A DNA stretch of 64,000 bases from a virus (Duplodnaviria > Caudoviricetes), in the IMG/VR virus record IMGVR_UViG_3300025715_000024, positions 5,456 to 69,455 of that record, one strand, 5' to 3'. The notes below the pieces were generated by a model that was not told where the DNA came from, made no database searches, and saw only the letters and a program-made list of their open reading frames with translations. How positions within the stretch are numbered: the stretch's first letter is position 1; each line of letters starts with the position of its first letter. A program made the position numbers and the translations under genes. Positions 25,092-35,078 of this stretch are shown here, piece by piece.

Positions 25092-28000
25092 TGGAAGCGG
25101 GGCTTGCACCACGGGCCTGCATTTCCCGCTTCCGTTGGTTTAACTTGCTAATAGATGATTCCGACCTATTAGCCACCCTCCAGAGCTTAGCCTCCGGATT
25201 GTCGGCATAATACTCCGCCGTGGACTCCCGATGCTCACGTAAATCTTTTATCTCATCCTCATGTTTGTTCATGAGTTTAAGGTTCTCGTAATATTTTGTT
25301 CCCTCATAAGACTTCCCGACAGTTGACCCGAAGAACCGGCTGGCCAATGGAATCTTATAGGAAGGTATCTCTTCCCCGGCAGATATGGCCGATATGCCCT
25401 GCTGTATCTTCGCTGCTTCCCTTCCAACACCTCCGGTAGCCTGCCCAACCAGGTAATCAATTTGGTCGGGGGTAGGGCTGAAGAACCCAGGTGTGGCCCG
25501 CGTGCCTCCTGTTAACATGTTAAGGCCCCATGAGAGAGCTTTACCTCCCCAGGTCGCAGTATCTTTCGTGCGGGTAAACCCTGGAGTCGGGTGCAGAGAA
25601 CTGAAGTCCTCCCGATAAATCGGCTTTCCGGTCCAGTCTTTATTCTCGGCCAGCGCCACCAACGGGTCAATAGGTGTTGGAGATATCGTCTGCAACAGTG
25701 TTTTGGATGCGCCAAGAGGATTGAATCCATCGAGAATAACCCCAAACAGATTGGACATCTTTTTAAAGGGCTGTTTGAAGCCGCCCATTGCAAACTGTGC
25801 AGTCATACGGCCAATGTTGGGGAGGACGTTAAAACCAAGAGGCATAGGAATTGTGATATATTTGCCGCCGCTAATGGGGATAATGATATTCTTTTCCTGA
25901 ACAAATTCCGGAGGCTCATCTTCATCCATACCCGCGGCTGCCAGGATTGCCGCCTGCATTACGCCAAACAAAAGGCCTCCGGCAATGATTCGCTTTCCGG
26001 TAGGACCTGTTAATGTCTCATAGACTTTCGCAGCTCCTTGGGCGGAAGCGTTAAAGAAGGCGTAGAGTGCTCCAGCCTGAGTTGCGATTTGACCTTTCCG
26101 GTTAAAGTTAACGGTTAAGCCCTTGGCCATTGCCGCGGCCTGGTCTTTAGTCATGCCACGGTCGATGCCCACCTTATAAGCGGATAAGCGAATAGAGTTT
26201 TCCATTGCAGTATTATAATCCGACAGCCAGTTAAACATACCCATGCCGAGCTTAATAGCCTTGCCGCTCTGCATCATGCGGATTTCTCTTTCCAGCCGCC
26301 TGGAACGCTCATCTGTGGTTCTAAACAAATCACGATAACCAGTCTGCCCACCATGCTCTTGGAACTCGTTAAAGAGCCTGGCCCATTCACCGGTCGCCGG
26401 CCTTCCTGCGCGCCCAGAACGAACAACCGAATAAATCCCCATAAGGGCCGGGATAGCATGACTCATAACTTCTTTTTGATGGCCGGCAATGGGTGTTGTG
26501 GTCAGGTTGAACATAGCCGTTCCCACGTCGCGGACGAAGTTTGTAACACCGAATATCGGGTTATACTGCGTGTTCATCGAAGCGATAAAGCGAGTAACCT
26601 TGGCAGAAGTGCTTAATACAAGACCCAGCGTATCCATATCTATGTTGCGTATAGAATCTGCCATTCTGCGCGCACGGTCATTTTCAAGGCTGAACTCCAC
26701 ACCGCGTTCGACTATCTTTCCGTCATCATCCAATTGGCGGGACATGACGACATTATTCTTCTTTTTATAATCATCGTCAGGAGTCCAAACCATTTCTCCT
26801 GTCGCGACATTAAGACGCTTCCTTACTCCAGGTTTTACTATGGACCAGAACTCAGGATTGGGATGGGCCTTAGCCAAGCCATACAGGGCAGTGGCAATGA
26901 TGTTCTTTTCCCCACTGGAGATGACGCGCTCGCGTTGGTTGGCAATATTGGCCAGGACATTAACAACTGGCTTGGGAGAACCCTTCCTCTTGCGGGTGAT
27001 GGACCCTGTCACCGTAAGACCGGAGCCAGTCCCAATGCGCGCTTCAGCAACATGCTGACGGAACAACGGTACGTAATGCTGGTACGTCCCAAACCACTTG
27101 TCAATTGTATCTTGTGACTCAAGGCTATATTCGACCATAAGGCGGGCATTCTCCCGCGTCATAGCATCGACTTTTTCGGCAATCGGCTCCATTTTATTTT
27201 TAAGGGCCGGGTCCAGAGCAGCATTATAATTTTTTATCTGTTCGTAAGTCTTCCCGGAACCACCATCCTGCATGCCGATAACTTCACCCTTATCGTTCGT
27301 TAACGTCTTAACGTAGTCATTTGCCTCTTTAGCATGGCGGTAATGCAGGTATTCCTCGAAGTCAGACAGGTCAATGTTTGCCGCCGCCAAGTCCTTAAGG
27401 ACAGGTTTGAGCTCTCCGTCTAAGAAGTTCTCGACGCGCTTAGCCACGCGCCCAGAGAATAAGGTCTCTTTAAGGCTGGCGTTAACCGTATCGCTTATCG
27501 CCCCGGCAAACTTTTCAATGGAAGTAGTGACATCACGCAGGTCCACGTGCTTATCAACCATAGTGTACCAGAATTTATTCATTAACGACTTAACGGGGGC
27601 ATTCCAAGTGGCTCCGTTGCCAGGAGGGATAGCCGCCCCGGCTGCGCGGTCGAATTTGGGCGCTTCCTTCACCGGCTGAACCGGGACGGTGCGCTTTCCA
27701 AGGAGGACAGCAATGCCATAGTTGGGGTTGGAGAACCCATCAAACCCAGCCTTGAGGATGGCCATCTCCAATGTGTTGGCCACATTTTCGCCCATGACAG
27801 GGGTGATTTTAATGACATTGGAAGTGAGGTCGTAAATGTTATACTGGGACAGGTCAACGTCATGTTTAAACGCACCGACCCCGCGCTCGGGGTTGGGCAT
27901 CCCGTTGCCGGTATTATAGTAGAAATATATGCGATGTCTTAATGGAGACTTGGGGTCCATCGGAAGACGCAAGCTGGTCGCATCAGATAGACCCGTACCA

Positions 28001-31000
28001 TAGAACTTGCTGTCTAAACTGGTTCTTTCTTGCTTGCTGTAGTGGGTTCCTGCGTCAATCCGCGCTCTTCCAGAAACTCGGTCAAACCCTTTTCGAACAG
28101 GTTGCTGGCCTGCAGGTCGAGTTCGTCCGGCTGCTCTGGAGAAGCTTGGCTCTCCTCGTTCTCCGGGGATAGCAATCCCGCTTTCTCGAATTGCTCTATG
28201 CAGGCTTTCTTGAATTGCTCTAAGCTCATCCCTGGCGCTCTGCGAATAAAGACCGGCTTCTTTGAGTTTGTTGATTCCATCTTGCCTCCCTATTTCCTCG
28301 AAATTATCGAGGTGAAAAATTGCGTCCTGCTGCCCTATGTCTCCAATATATAGAGCGTCTGACAGCTTGTCAAGAACAAACGACACATCCAATACAAATT
28401 GATTTGTTTTCCCATCGAACCATCCACCAAGAAATGCCCGGTCATCAGATTCAAATACCTTGCCGAACCGGTCTATAAAGGCCGTCAGATTTTCTCTTGT
28501 TAACGTATTAACACGAGTCTCTGTGAATTTAGAAGGAGCAACGGCATATCCAGTCTTTTGAGATGTTCCATCAGATACATTAATAGTAAACCCATCAGGG
28601 CTATTTAAGGCAATATCCTTTATTTTTTCGATGATACTGCTGTTTGGGGCTCGGCTGAAGAGGGGAACAGTTTGTGATGCGCTTGCCCCACTTCGTCCCA
28701 CCACGCGTCCTGCAATTCCTGCAACCCGTCCAGATGGTCCTCTGCGTAATTTGACATGTAATGCTTCTGCTCCGGTTGAGTAGTAGTCTCCTCGCTTTCC
28801 TTTGACTCCGAAGAGTTTATAAAGTTCTTTTTCTCCAATCCAGATTGCTGCCTGGATGTCGGCGTTTTCATAATTCACTCCCTCCTTTTCAAGGTCTTCA
28901 CGGGCCTCATTTACCCTGTCCCGGAACCACTGACGATGTGCGCCGCTGCTTGGTGAGTCTATGGGCAAGGCGCCATTAATAAATTTCTTTCGATTATTTG
29001 CCGCAATTCTCAGGGCCTCGCCGCCAGGAACGCTATTCAGTTCATCCCTGAAGTCTTCCTTGCCGCACAATTTTGCTATTTTCTTTGCGACTTCATCAAC
29101 GTTTTTCGGCCCAGGGAATAAGTCACCCTGTATTTGGCATAGACGCAGGCCCTCAGGAGAATTGCCCATCGCCTCTACCAAGTTTGCTCGTTGTGTCTCT
29201 ACTTCCTGGCGGCTTCCACCCTCCACAAGATGTCCCATTAATCTGCCCATGGTCCGCGTGAACCACCGGTCCATAGTTATTTGCGAGAAGTCACCACTTA
29301 AGTTTGTGAAAAATGCGCCGACTTTCGGGCCAAAGACAATAGCCCGTGGCAGCATGGTATCGACGTTTTCACTTCCGCCAATAAGCTTCTTTGCCGCGTC
29401 ATGGCTCACACCAAGTCTTTCAGCAACATCATTGTATAAGTCGCCAACGTATGATTTACCGAGCAGCCATTTCTCAAAAGCAGCATCGGATTTAAACGAC
29501 GCACTGAGTCTGTCGGCAAGCATTAAGGATTTTAGTATTGCCGCGCCCCTCTCGGCCTTAACCTCGGACGCCATTGTCTTCGTCGATTTAAAAGACTCAT
29601 ATATCTTGCGGGCTACCTCAATATTCGTGGTCGTGTCATTGCCATTAGAAGAAAGGGCGATAGCCAATTTCATCCGGAACTTATTGGATTGATTCTTTAA
29701 TTCAGGATAGATATCCTGGAGAATAGACATCGTTGTCTCAAGGTCTTTTCTGTACCACCCCAAGGATTCAGGGTACCGCTTAATCGATGCTCGCAGCATC
29801 TCTTTAATAGCGGTAACGATATGTTCTTTCTGCATCTTCGTGGCGCTTCTGTGGTCAATGCGCCCATCTTTCCTGCTGACAGTTTCAAGATGGGTCGCTA
29901 CATCAGATAATAGCGGCGCTACATTTGATGGGGTACGCTCTTCCCCAGCCAGTATTTTGGCTCCATAATTTCTGTTTTCATAACCGGCCGACCTGGCGAA
30001 TAGTGGACTATCGACCTTGTCGCTGAATTCCCTGAATGCATTCTGGAGGACGATACGAACTTCAGCATCGGACAACTTTGTATCAATACCTATCTTTCGC
30101 ATTGCCTCATGGAAAATGGCAATCAATTTATCATACCACTTAGGCTGAGTTTCATAGGCCTGGTCGCACAACCATTCCTCGGCAGCCTTCCGCCGGCCCT
30201 CTGTCGTTTCCACATTAAGATGCTGGTGAGTTGTCTTCGCTATCAGATTTACCTGTTCTGAGTGCGCAGCGTACACCTTATCCATGAGGATATCGTATTT
30301 AATCTTGGTGGAGCCTATACCGGGCACCCCTTTTTGGTTTGATAGGAAGGTCCCCAGTCCCAGGTGGGTAAGTTCGTGGGTTAATGTATTAACGACTTGC
30401 TGGGGTGATTTGTTATTTGACGCAATAATATAGGTCTGGCCCTCCCAGGTGAAGCCGAGGGTCCGGTTATCCTCTCCGTTCTCATCCAGCATATCGTGCT
30501 CTACCATGTAGGCTTTGAGTTGCTTACCCATGGGGTCTTCGCTGTTGATAAAACTGTTGATGCTTTCAAGTACCTGAACCTTTGGAGGATTCTTCAGGTA
30601 GCTCAACACTTTATCCACAACAGCTTGGGCACGGGCAACAGCAACTCCGCCTTCGGCAGTTTCAGCCCTGGTAAAACTTGGCTTAGAGGTAATTTTTTTT
30701 AACTCACGATTAACTTCATCCAGTTCCTTCTTTATATCATCCCTGGTCTGGGCCAATAACTTTTGCTGACGCTCCGGCCTTTCCAGGCGCACGGACTCAT
30801 CATAAGCCCGAACAGCATCCTTTAACTGCTTATTGAGCAGCTTAATGCTATCTTGGAGCTCATCAACCTCTTCCTGGTTGGACAGAGGCTCAACTTCTTT
30901 AGCAACCTTGGCTTTAATCTCAGCCCTCTTAGCCGCCTCTTCTTCTTTCCTTAATTTGTTAAGGAGGCCTTGCTGAACGGACTGAGCTTTTTGTATGGCT

Positions 31001-33510
31001 ACAGTTGATTTCCCCTGTTTTTCCATAGCCTGGATAGTGCGGGCGCGCTCTCCAACAGACTTCTCTAACTGGATGATTTGGTTCTGACGTGCGCTAATAA
31101 CAGGAGCCGCCTCTTTCTTTGCGGCTATAACTTCTTTAAGGGCAGTCGCGCCTTTTCCTTTGGTCGTTGTGGGACCTGCAGCAGGTATGGCTGCAGCTGG
31201 CACAGAAGGCGCGGCTGCTTTAGGTGTCGCTATCTTTGTAGCTTTCTTTACGGCTATTAAGGCCTTACCGTCGGTAGCGGTTTTAACCTTTGCTGGCGCC
31301 GGGCCAACCAATTTTGTTAATTCTGGGGTCTCCGTAAGAAACGCTTTATGAATTTGCTTTGTCGCCGCAACAGTAGAACCCTTCTTTGTGTTCCGAGGGA
31401 TTTGCCCAGTGGTTTCCCAGGTGGCCGTAATCTTTCCATTCTTATTCCGCTCAAGCAAGGCAACAGAATCCCCAATTTTAACAACCCCATTCTCATTAAT
31501 AAAAAGGCTTATGGGGCGCTCATTGGAAACCACATTGGTTTTCTGGTTTACCACGTTTCCTTTTGTTTTGATAAGAGCCGGTCCCGGAGCAGTCGGCGCA
31601 GCAACGGGCGTGGCCTCCGGAGTAGAGGCCGGAGTCACAGCCGGTGCCGAAGGTACACCGGCTGCAACCGGGGCGGCTACTGCCGCAGGCACCGCTGGCG
31701 CAGCAGCGGCTATTTTCTCTTTAACGACCTTCTTTGCTTTGGGGATAGGGGCTTCAGCAGGCTTTGCCGGAGGAGTTTCGGCAGGGGCGGCAGCGAGAGT
31801 CCCCTCAGCCTGCCTCAGCTCAAATTCTTTCTTTGCCCAGGTATTTGTAGGATTATTATTTAAAAATTCCAATAAATTAGCATTACTCATTCCCGTAAAT
31901 ACAGCAGGGATTCCAGCATGGGGTGGGGCAGCTTCAATTGCAGGAGCCATTACATTTTCTGTGACATTTTCCTTGACAATATTTGCGACATTTTCTGGAG
32001 CAATAGCATTATCTGTAGCAATAACGGATGCTTCTGGAGCAACATTATTGACAGAAGGCGTGACATTTTCTATTGCATTTTCCGCTGCAACAACTTTAGG
32101 AGCAACAGCTGGGATGACGGTCCCTGGCGCCTCCTCAACTTTCTCATTAACAACTTCAGGGGTGATGGCAGCATCGCCGCGGATAGCCGCCAATAGTTTT
32201 TCAGTGGCAGAGGCATCGGCGGCCGCCAGGCCTTCCTCAATTTCACCTTCGTCGATTATCTGTTTTTCTCCCGGGATGGAAACACGTTCCGCTCCGGCTC
32301 CGGTAATTGCAGCGGGGATGTTAACACTTTCGATAGCCGCCCTCTCTTCCGGCATGGTATCCATCAGCATATCTGTCTGCATGGCGAGGGAATCCATCGG
32401 GGAGGTAATGTCTATCTCTAGGTTTTTATCAATTTTGGATTGCGCATAAGCCAGCCATTGTTGACGCAAGGCCTCATTTTCTTTCGGTATGACCTCGGAA
32501 ACGTTCTTCGCATATGCTAGGCGCAGCTTATATCTGGCCTCAGCTTCTGGTGTTAAGTTGTTAGGGTCATATCCGTCCACAGGGGTGGCAAGGGTGTCTG
32601 CTGCCTTAGCTGCCGCATACCGATGCAACATCTGGCCTCCGCCGCCCACAAGCGCAGTCATGATTGCAGTAGGACCTATTGCAGAAACAGCTTCGTTCCA
32701 GGGATTTGCTTCAGGGCGAATGCCGGCATGTTTTTCTACCAGGGCCTCTCCGTAGTTCTGCCCCATTTCTGTAAGGATTTCAGTAGGCGCAGTAACAAGC
32801 GCGAATTGCTTTAGGAATCCAAGGACCGTTCCTTTTAATGCCTGCTTGGCCCCGGTTTGACCAATAATAGATTTGGCAATTCCCCCAAGCGGACCAAACG
32901 CTTTTAAAAGTGCATAGTTGCCTACTGTCTCCCCAAGCCATTCAATGGTACCAGTTTTTAATGGGGCACTGCCAGGGTCAACTCCACGCTTAATCGCCTC
33001 GCTCCTTGTTTGCTCTGCCTGCGATAATCCGAAGACTGCCGGGGTAACAAGCCCAGCCACCTTCCCAGCCCCCATTAAAATAGGAGAAGCTATTTGCGTT
33101 GGCACGGTGGGGATAGCCCTTGCAATTAAACCAGCGCCATACAAAGCCGCAGGGATACCGATAGATGAAGGAATCATCTCGCCAGCCTGCTCAAACATAC
33201 CAGGGGCTCCGGCTTCCTCTTCAGCCTTATTGCCTCTTTCAACTAATTCTTGCGCAAAGTCCCCGGGCTCCCTTCCGCCAATCCCAAGCTGTTGAGATGC
33301 TTGGGCGAGCTGCTTCGGAAGGCCATGGGTTACGCCACGGACTAATCCCTTTCCAAGGTTTGTTACAGGATTGCTACCGATTCCAAGTCCGCCGCTGGAA
33401 GGTGTTTCGTCCGGGTAATATTTATCGAAGCGATTTTGTCTGGCAGAGTTACCTGATGCAGGCGCAGCGTCATCATTGAAATACGCATCAAAACGATTAG
33501 CCATCTTCAA
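25018..33510 (-). CDS. Giant polyvalent virion/ejection protein (2830 aa) with LPD38-like C-terminus
   Basis: Pro/Ala-rich linker, coiled coil, zincin THELTH, a helical nuclease/glycosylase-like module (GPKVGAF...TMDRW...QAAIW), an ART-like module (THYS...YGTG...RIYFY), and a C-terminal TVNFNRKG...YAFFNAS...NKDWTGKPI region. Confidence 0.75.
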   Translation of the reverse strand: MKMANRFDAYFNDDAAPASGNSARQNRFDKYYPDETPSSGGLGIGSNPVTNLGKGLVRGVTHGLPKQLAQASQQLGIGGREPGDFAQELVERGNKAEEEAGAPGMFEQAGEMIPSSIGIPAALYGAGLIARAIPTVPTQIASPILMGAGKVAGLVTPAVFGLSQAEQTRSEAIKRGVDPGSAPLKTGTIEWLGETVGNYALLKAFGPLGGIAKSIIGQTGAKQALKGTVLGFLKQFALVTAPTEILTEMGQNYGEALVEKHAGIRPEANPWNEAVSAIGPTAIMTALVGGGGQMLHRYAAAKAADTLATPVDGYDPNNLTPEAEARYKLRLAYAKNVSEVIPKENEALRQQWLAYAQSKIDKNLEIDITSPMDSLAMQTDMLMDTMPEERAAIESVNIPAAITGAGAERVSIPGEKQIIDEGEIEEGLAAADASATEKLLAAIRGDAAITPEVVNEKVEEAPGTVIPAVAPKVVAAENAIENVTPSVNNVAPEASVIATDNAIAPENVANIVKENVTENVMAPAIEAAPPHAGIPAVFTGMSNANLLEFLNNNPTNTWAKKEFELRQAEGTLAAAPAETPPAKPAEAPIPKAKKVVKEKIAAAAPAVPAAVAAPVAAGVPSAPAVTPASTPEATPVAAPTAPGPALIKTKGNVVNQKTNVVSNERPISLFINENGVVKIGDSVALLERNKNGKITATWETTGQIPRNTKKGSTVAATKQIHKAFLTETPELTKLVGPAPAKVKTATDGKALIAVKKATKIATPKAAAPSVPAAAIPAAGPTTTKGKGATALKEVIAAKKEAAPVISARQNQIIQLEKSVGERARTIQAMEKQGKSTVAIQKAQSVQQGLLNKLRKEEEAAKRAEIKAKVAKEVEPLSNQEEVDELQDSIKLLNKQLKDAVRAYDESVRLERPERQQKLLAQTRDDIKKELDEVNRELKKITSKPSFTRAETAEGGVAVARAQAVVDKVLSYLKNPPKVQVLESINSFINSEDPMGKQLKAYMVEHDMLDENGEDNRTLGFTWEGQTYIIASNNKSPQQVVNTLTHELTHLGLGTFLSNQKGVPGIGSTKIKYDILMDKVYAAHSEQVNLIAKTTHQHLNVETTEGRRKAAEEWLCDQAYETQPKWYDKLIAIFHEAMRKIGIDTKLSDAEVRIVLQNAFREFSDKVDSPLFARSAGYENRNYGAKILAGEERTPSNVAPLLSDVATHLETVSRKDGRIDHRSATKMQKEHIVTAIKEMLRASIKRYPESLGWYRKDLETTMSILQDIYPELKNQSNKFRMKLAIALSSNGNDTTTNIEVARKIYESFKSTKTMASEVKAERGAAILKSLMLADRLSASFKSDAAFEKWLLGKSYVGDLYNDVAERLGVSHDAAKKLIGGSENVDTMLPRAIVFGPKVGAFFTNLSGDFSQITMDRWFTRTMGRLMGHLVEGGSRQEVETQRANLVEAMGNSPEGLRLCQIQGDLFPGPKNVDEVAKKIAKLCGKEDFRDELNSVPGGEALRIAANNRKKFINGALPIDSPSSGAHRQWFRDRVNEAREDLEKEGVNYENADIQAAIWIGEKELYKLFGVKGKRGDYYSTGAEALHVKLRRGPSGRVAGIAGRVVGRSGASASQTVPLFSRAPNSSIIEKIKDIALNSPDGFTINVSDGTSQKTGYAVAPSKFTETRVNTLTRENLTAFIDRFGKVFESDDRAFLGGWFDGKTNQFVLDVSFVLDKLSDALYIGDIGQQDAIFHLDNFEEIGRQDGINKLKEAGLYSQSARDELRAIQESLHRAIRESGIAIPGERGEPSFSRAAGRTRPAGQQPVRKGFDRVSGRARIDAGTHYSKQERTSLDSKFYGTGLSDATSLRLPMDPKSPLRHRIYFYYNTGNGMPNPERGVGAFKHDVDLSQYNIYDLTSNVIKITPVMGENVANTLEMAILKAGFDGFSNPNYGIAVLLGKRTVPVQPVKEAPKFDRAAGAAIPPGNGATWNAPVKSLMNKFWYTMVDKHVDLRDVTTSIEKFAGAISDTVNASLKETLFSGRVAKRVENFLDGELKPVLKDLAAANIDLSDFEEYLHYRHAKEANDYVKTLTNDKGEVIGMQDGGSGKTYEQIKNYNAALDPALKNKMEPIAEKVDAMTRENARLMVEYSLESQDTIDKWFGTYQHYVPLFRQHVAEARIGTGSGLTVTGSITRKRKGSPKPVVNVLANIANQRERVISSGEKNIIATALYGLAKAHPNPEFWSIVKPGVRKRLNVATGEMVWTPDDDYKKKNNVVMSRQLDDDGKIVERGVEFSLENDRARRMADSIRNIDMDTLGLVLSTSAKVTRFIASMNTQYNPIFGVTNFVRDVGTAMFNLTTTPIAGHQKEVMSHAIPALMGIYSVVRSGRAGRPATGEWARLFNEFQEHGGQTGYRDLFRTTDERSRRLEREIRMMQSGKAIKLGMGMFNWLSDYNTAMENSIRLSAYKVGIDRGMTKDQAAAMAKGLTVNFNRKGQIATQAGALYAFFNASAQGAAKVYETLTGPTGKRIIAGGLLFGVMQAAILAAAGMDEDEPPEFVQEKNIIIPISGGKYITIPMPLGFNVLPNIGRMTAQFAMGGFKQPFKKMSNLFGVILDGFNPLGASKTLLQTISPTPIDPLVALAENKDWTGKPIYREDFSSLHPTPGFTRTKDTATWGGKALSWGLNMLTGGTRATPGFFSPTPDQIDYLVGQATGGVGREAAKIQQGISAISAGEEIPSYKIPLASRFFGSTVGKSYEGTKYYENLKLMNKHEDEIKDLREHRESTAEYYADNPEAKLWRVANRSESSISKLNQRKREMQARGASPASIKAIDAMIYSHMIRLNKAVEEARE
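28014..28280 (-). CDS. Nested out-of-frame acidic protein inside the giant gene
   Basis: RBS GGGAGG 4 nt before ATG. Protein-like composition (SLEQFKKACIEQFEKAGLL). Confidence 0.5.
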   Translation of the reverse strand: MESTNSKKPVFIRRAPGMSLEQFKKACIEQFEKAGLLSPENEESQASPEQPDELDLQASNLFEKGLTEFLEERGLTQEPTTASKKEPV

Positions 33511-33513
33511 CTC

Positions 33514-34680
33514 CTAATATGTTTGAACCTTCGACTTAAGGGACTGCAGCTTTCTAGCCTCCCATTCCTTTATAAGGCTCCAGCGCTTTTTAGCAAAAGC
33601 AGATTTAAGATTATCCTTTTGGCTAATATCATACTGAGGCTCTTTGCCTTTGCTCGTAACATAATCCTTATCCATCTCCGCCTTAATATGCCCCTCGCGC
33701 TCCCGCAAAAGAGACGCCGCCTGGTCAGCATATTCCGGATGGACCTTCTTTCCATCGTCCATCATTTTTAATAAACCCAATTCGGTAGCGTGGATAGGCT
33801 TGTTGTCAGGACCATATGCAAGTATGGGAGAGTTGGCCGGCAATTTATTATTTTGGAAATCGAGTAATAACTTCTCGTCATTCATACGGGCCTTTTCCAT
33901 GTCGGCAACACGACCGACCTGCGCCGCGTGTTCCCTGGAACCTATCCCGGCCTGTAAATGCCCCATTCCGGCCAAGGTCTTACCAACACCCTCCATCTCA
34001 ATAGGGCTCATTGGCTCTCGTTTCTTCCTGTCTGGGTTCTCAGCAAACCGCACCATCCTCCCATCGTTGCCTTTTACATATCCAACACCAGGGATAGTCG
34101 GATTATCTTTCATAAATTGGACAAACCTTTTATCGTCCAAAGCATTTATCGCAGCATATAATTCATCATTGCGGTTCTTTGGGCCTCCGTTTGCCGGAGC
34201 GCCTACGCTTGCCCTAAGCGTAGCTTCATCGGTAAGTTCCATAGTTGGCTTTGCCGGGGGCTGAACGACCGAGGCTGGAGGAGTGGTCACAGCAGCTGGG
34301 GTAGCTGCTTGTGCAGAGGGAACACCGATGCCATATCTCTTTGCCCGCTCTTCCAGATTTCTACCAGCGGCATCGACGATATCGTTTGCCGCACCGCCTG
34401 ATAAGTAGTTAAGGGCAGCAGCTGCCGCAAACTGTGGCACAGAAGCAATATCCTTTTCTATGTTTCGAGATGCATCCCAGGCACGCCTGGGAATATTGCT
34501 TGCCGCCCTTAATACTTTACCCACGTCAGAGGCAGCGCTAATCCCCCATGCCGGGGCTGGCTGAGTTACTTGATTTTTTAAATTTATCTGGTTGGCTAAC
34601 TCCAGTAAATTTGTGTCCGTCTGCTTGGCGCTTTCCGGAATTATGTGGTTCGGGTCCGCATCAAATTTCTGTGCCATCAC
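33514..34680 (-). CDS. Putative internal virion/ejection protein
   Basis: 388 aa, Ala/Gln-rich, directly upstream of the giant protein. Confidence 0.55.
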   Translation of the reverse strand: MMAQKFDADPNHIIPESAKQTDTNLLELANQINLKNQVTQPAPAWGISAASDVGKVLRAASNIPRRAWDASRNIEKDIASVPQFAAAAALNYLSGGAANDIVDAAGRNLEERAKRYGIGVPSAQAATPAAVTTPPASVVQPPAKPTMELTDEATLRASVGAPANGGPKNRNDELYAAINALDDKRFVQFMKDNPTIPGVGYVKGNDGRMVRFAENPDRKKREPMSPIEMEGVGKTLAGMGHLQAGIGSREHAAQVGRVADMEKARMNDEKLLLDFQNNKLPANSPILAYGPDNKPIHATELGLLKMMDDGKKVHPEYADQAASLLREREGHIKAEMDKDYVTSKGKEPQYDISQKDNLKSAFAKKRWSLIKEWEARKLQSLKSKVQTY

Positions 34681-34688
34681 TTATCCTC

Positions 34689-35066
34689 CTATTTGAATAA
34701 AAGCTCTTTTCCTGGAAGGCTCCACCTCTTAGTCAATAAAGAGGTATAATCAATCGGGGTTTGGCCAATCCCAGCTTGATTCTGGGCTTGGTCAACAACA
34801 GCCTGGCCGGTTGGGCTGGGAGTAACCTCTTTCGTAGCCTTTAACAAATCAGGTGCTTTGTCGATTGTCTTTTCCATAATGCCTGCCGCATTCTTGCCTG
34901 CTTGCATTCCTGGCAACAATGTCGTCTGTAGAACATCAGCCAAAACCTTCGCCTTCCCCATGTCATTGCGGTCTAGCGCGCTCGATAAATCACTCCGAAT
35001 CCAGTGCTCGGGGCTATTCCAATCATTAATCTCTTTAGGTAATGCCGGGTCTATTCCGTATGCCAT
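34689..35066 (-). CDS. Hypothetical virion protein
   Basis: RBS AGGAGG, 125 aa. Confidence 0.55.
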   Translation of the reverse strand: MAYGIDPALPKEINDWNSPEHWIRSDLSSALDRNDMGKAKVLADVLQTTLLPGMQAGKNAAGIMEKTIDKAPDLLKATKEVTPSPTGQAVVDQAQNQAGIGQTPIDYTSLLTKRWSLPGKELLFK

Positions 35067-35078
35067 GGTTTATTCCTC

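Noticed and set aside
27669-27875. Third nested ORF in the giant gene
   Set aside because: No RBS, and the composition is not protein-like, unlike the two nested ORFs retained.
31388-32449. 353-aa plus-strand ORF and other long antisense ORFs
   Set aside because: These are shadows of Pro/Ala-rich coding sequence on the opposite strand, with no motifs or RBS.
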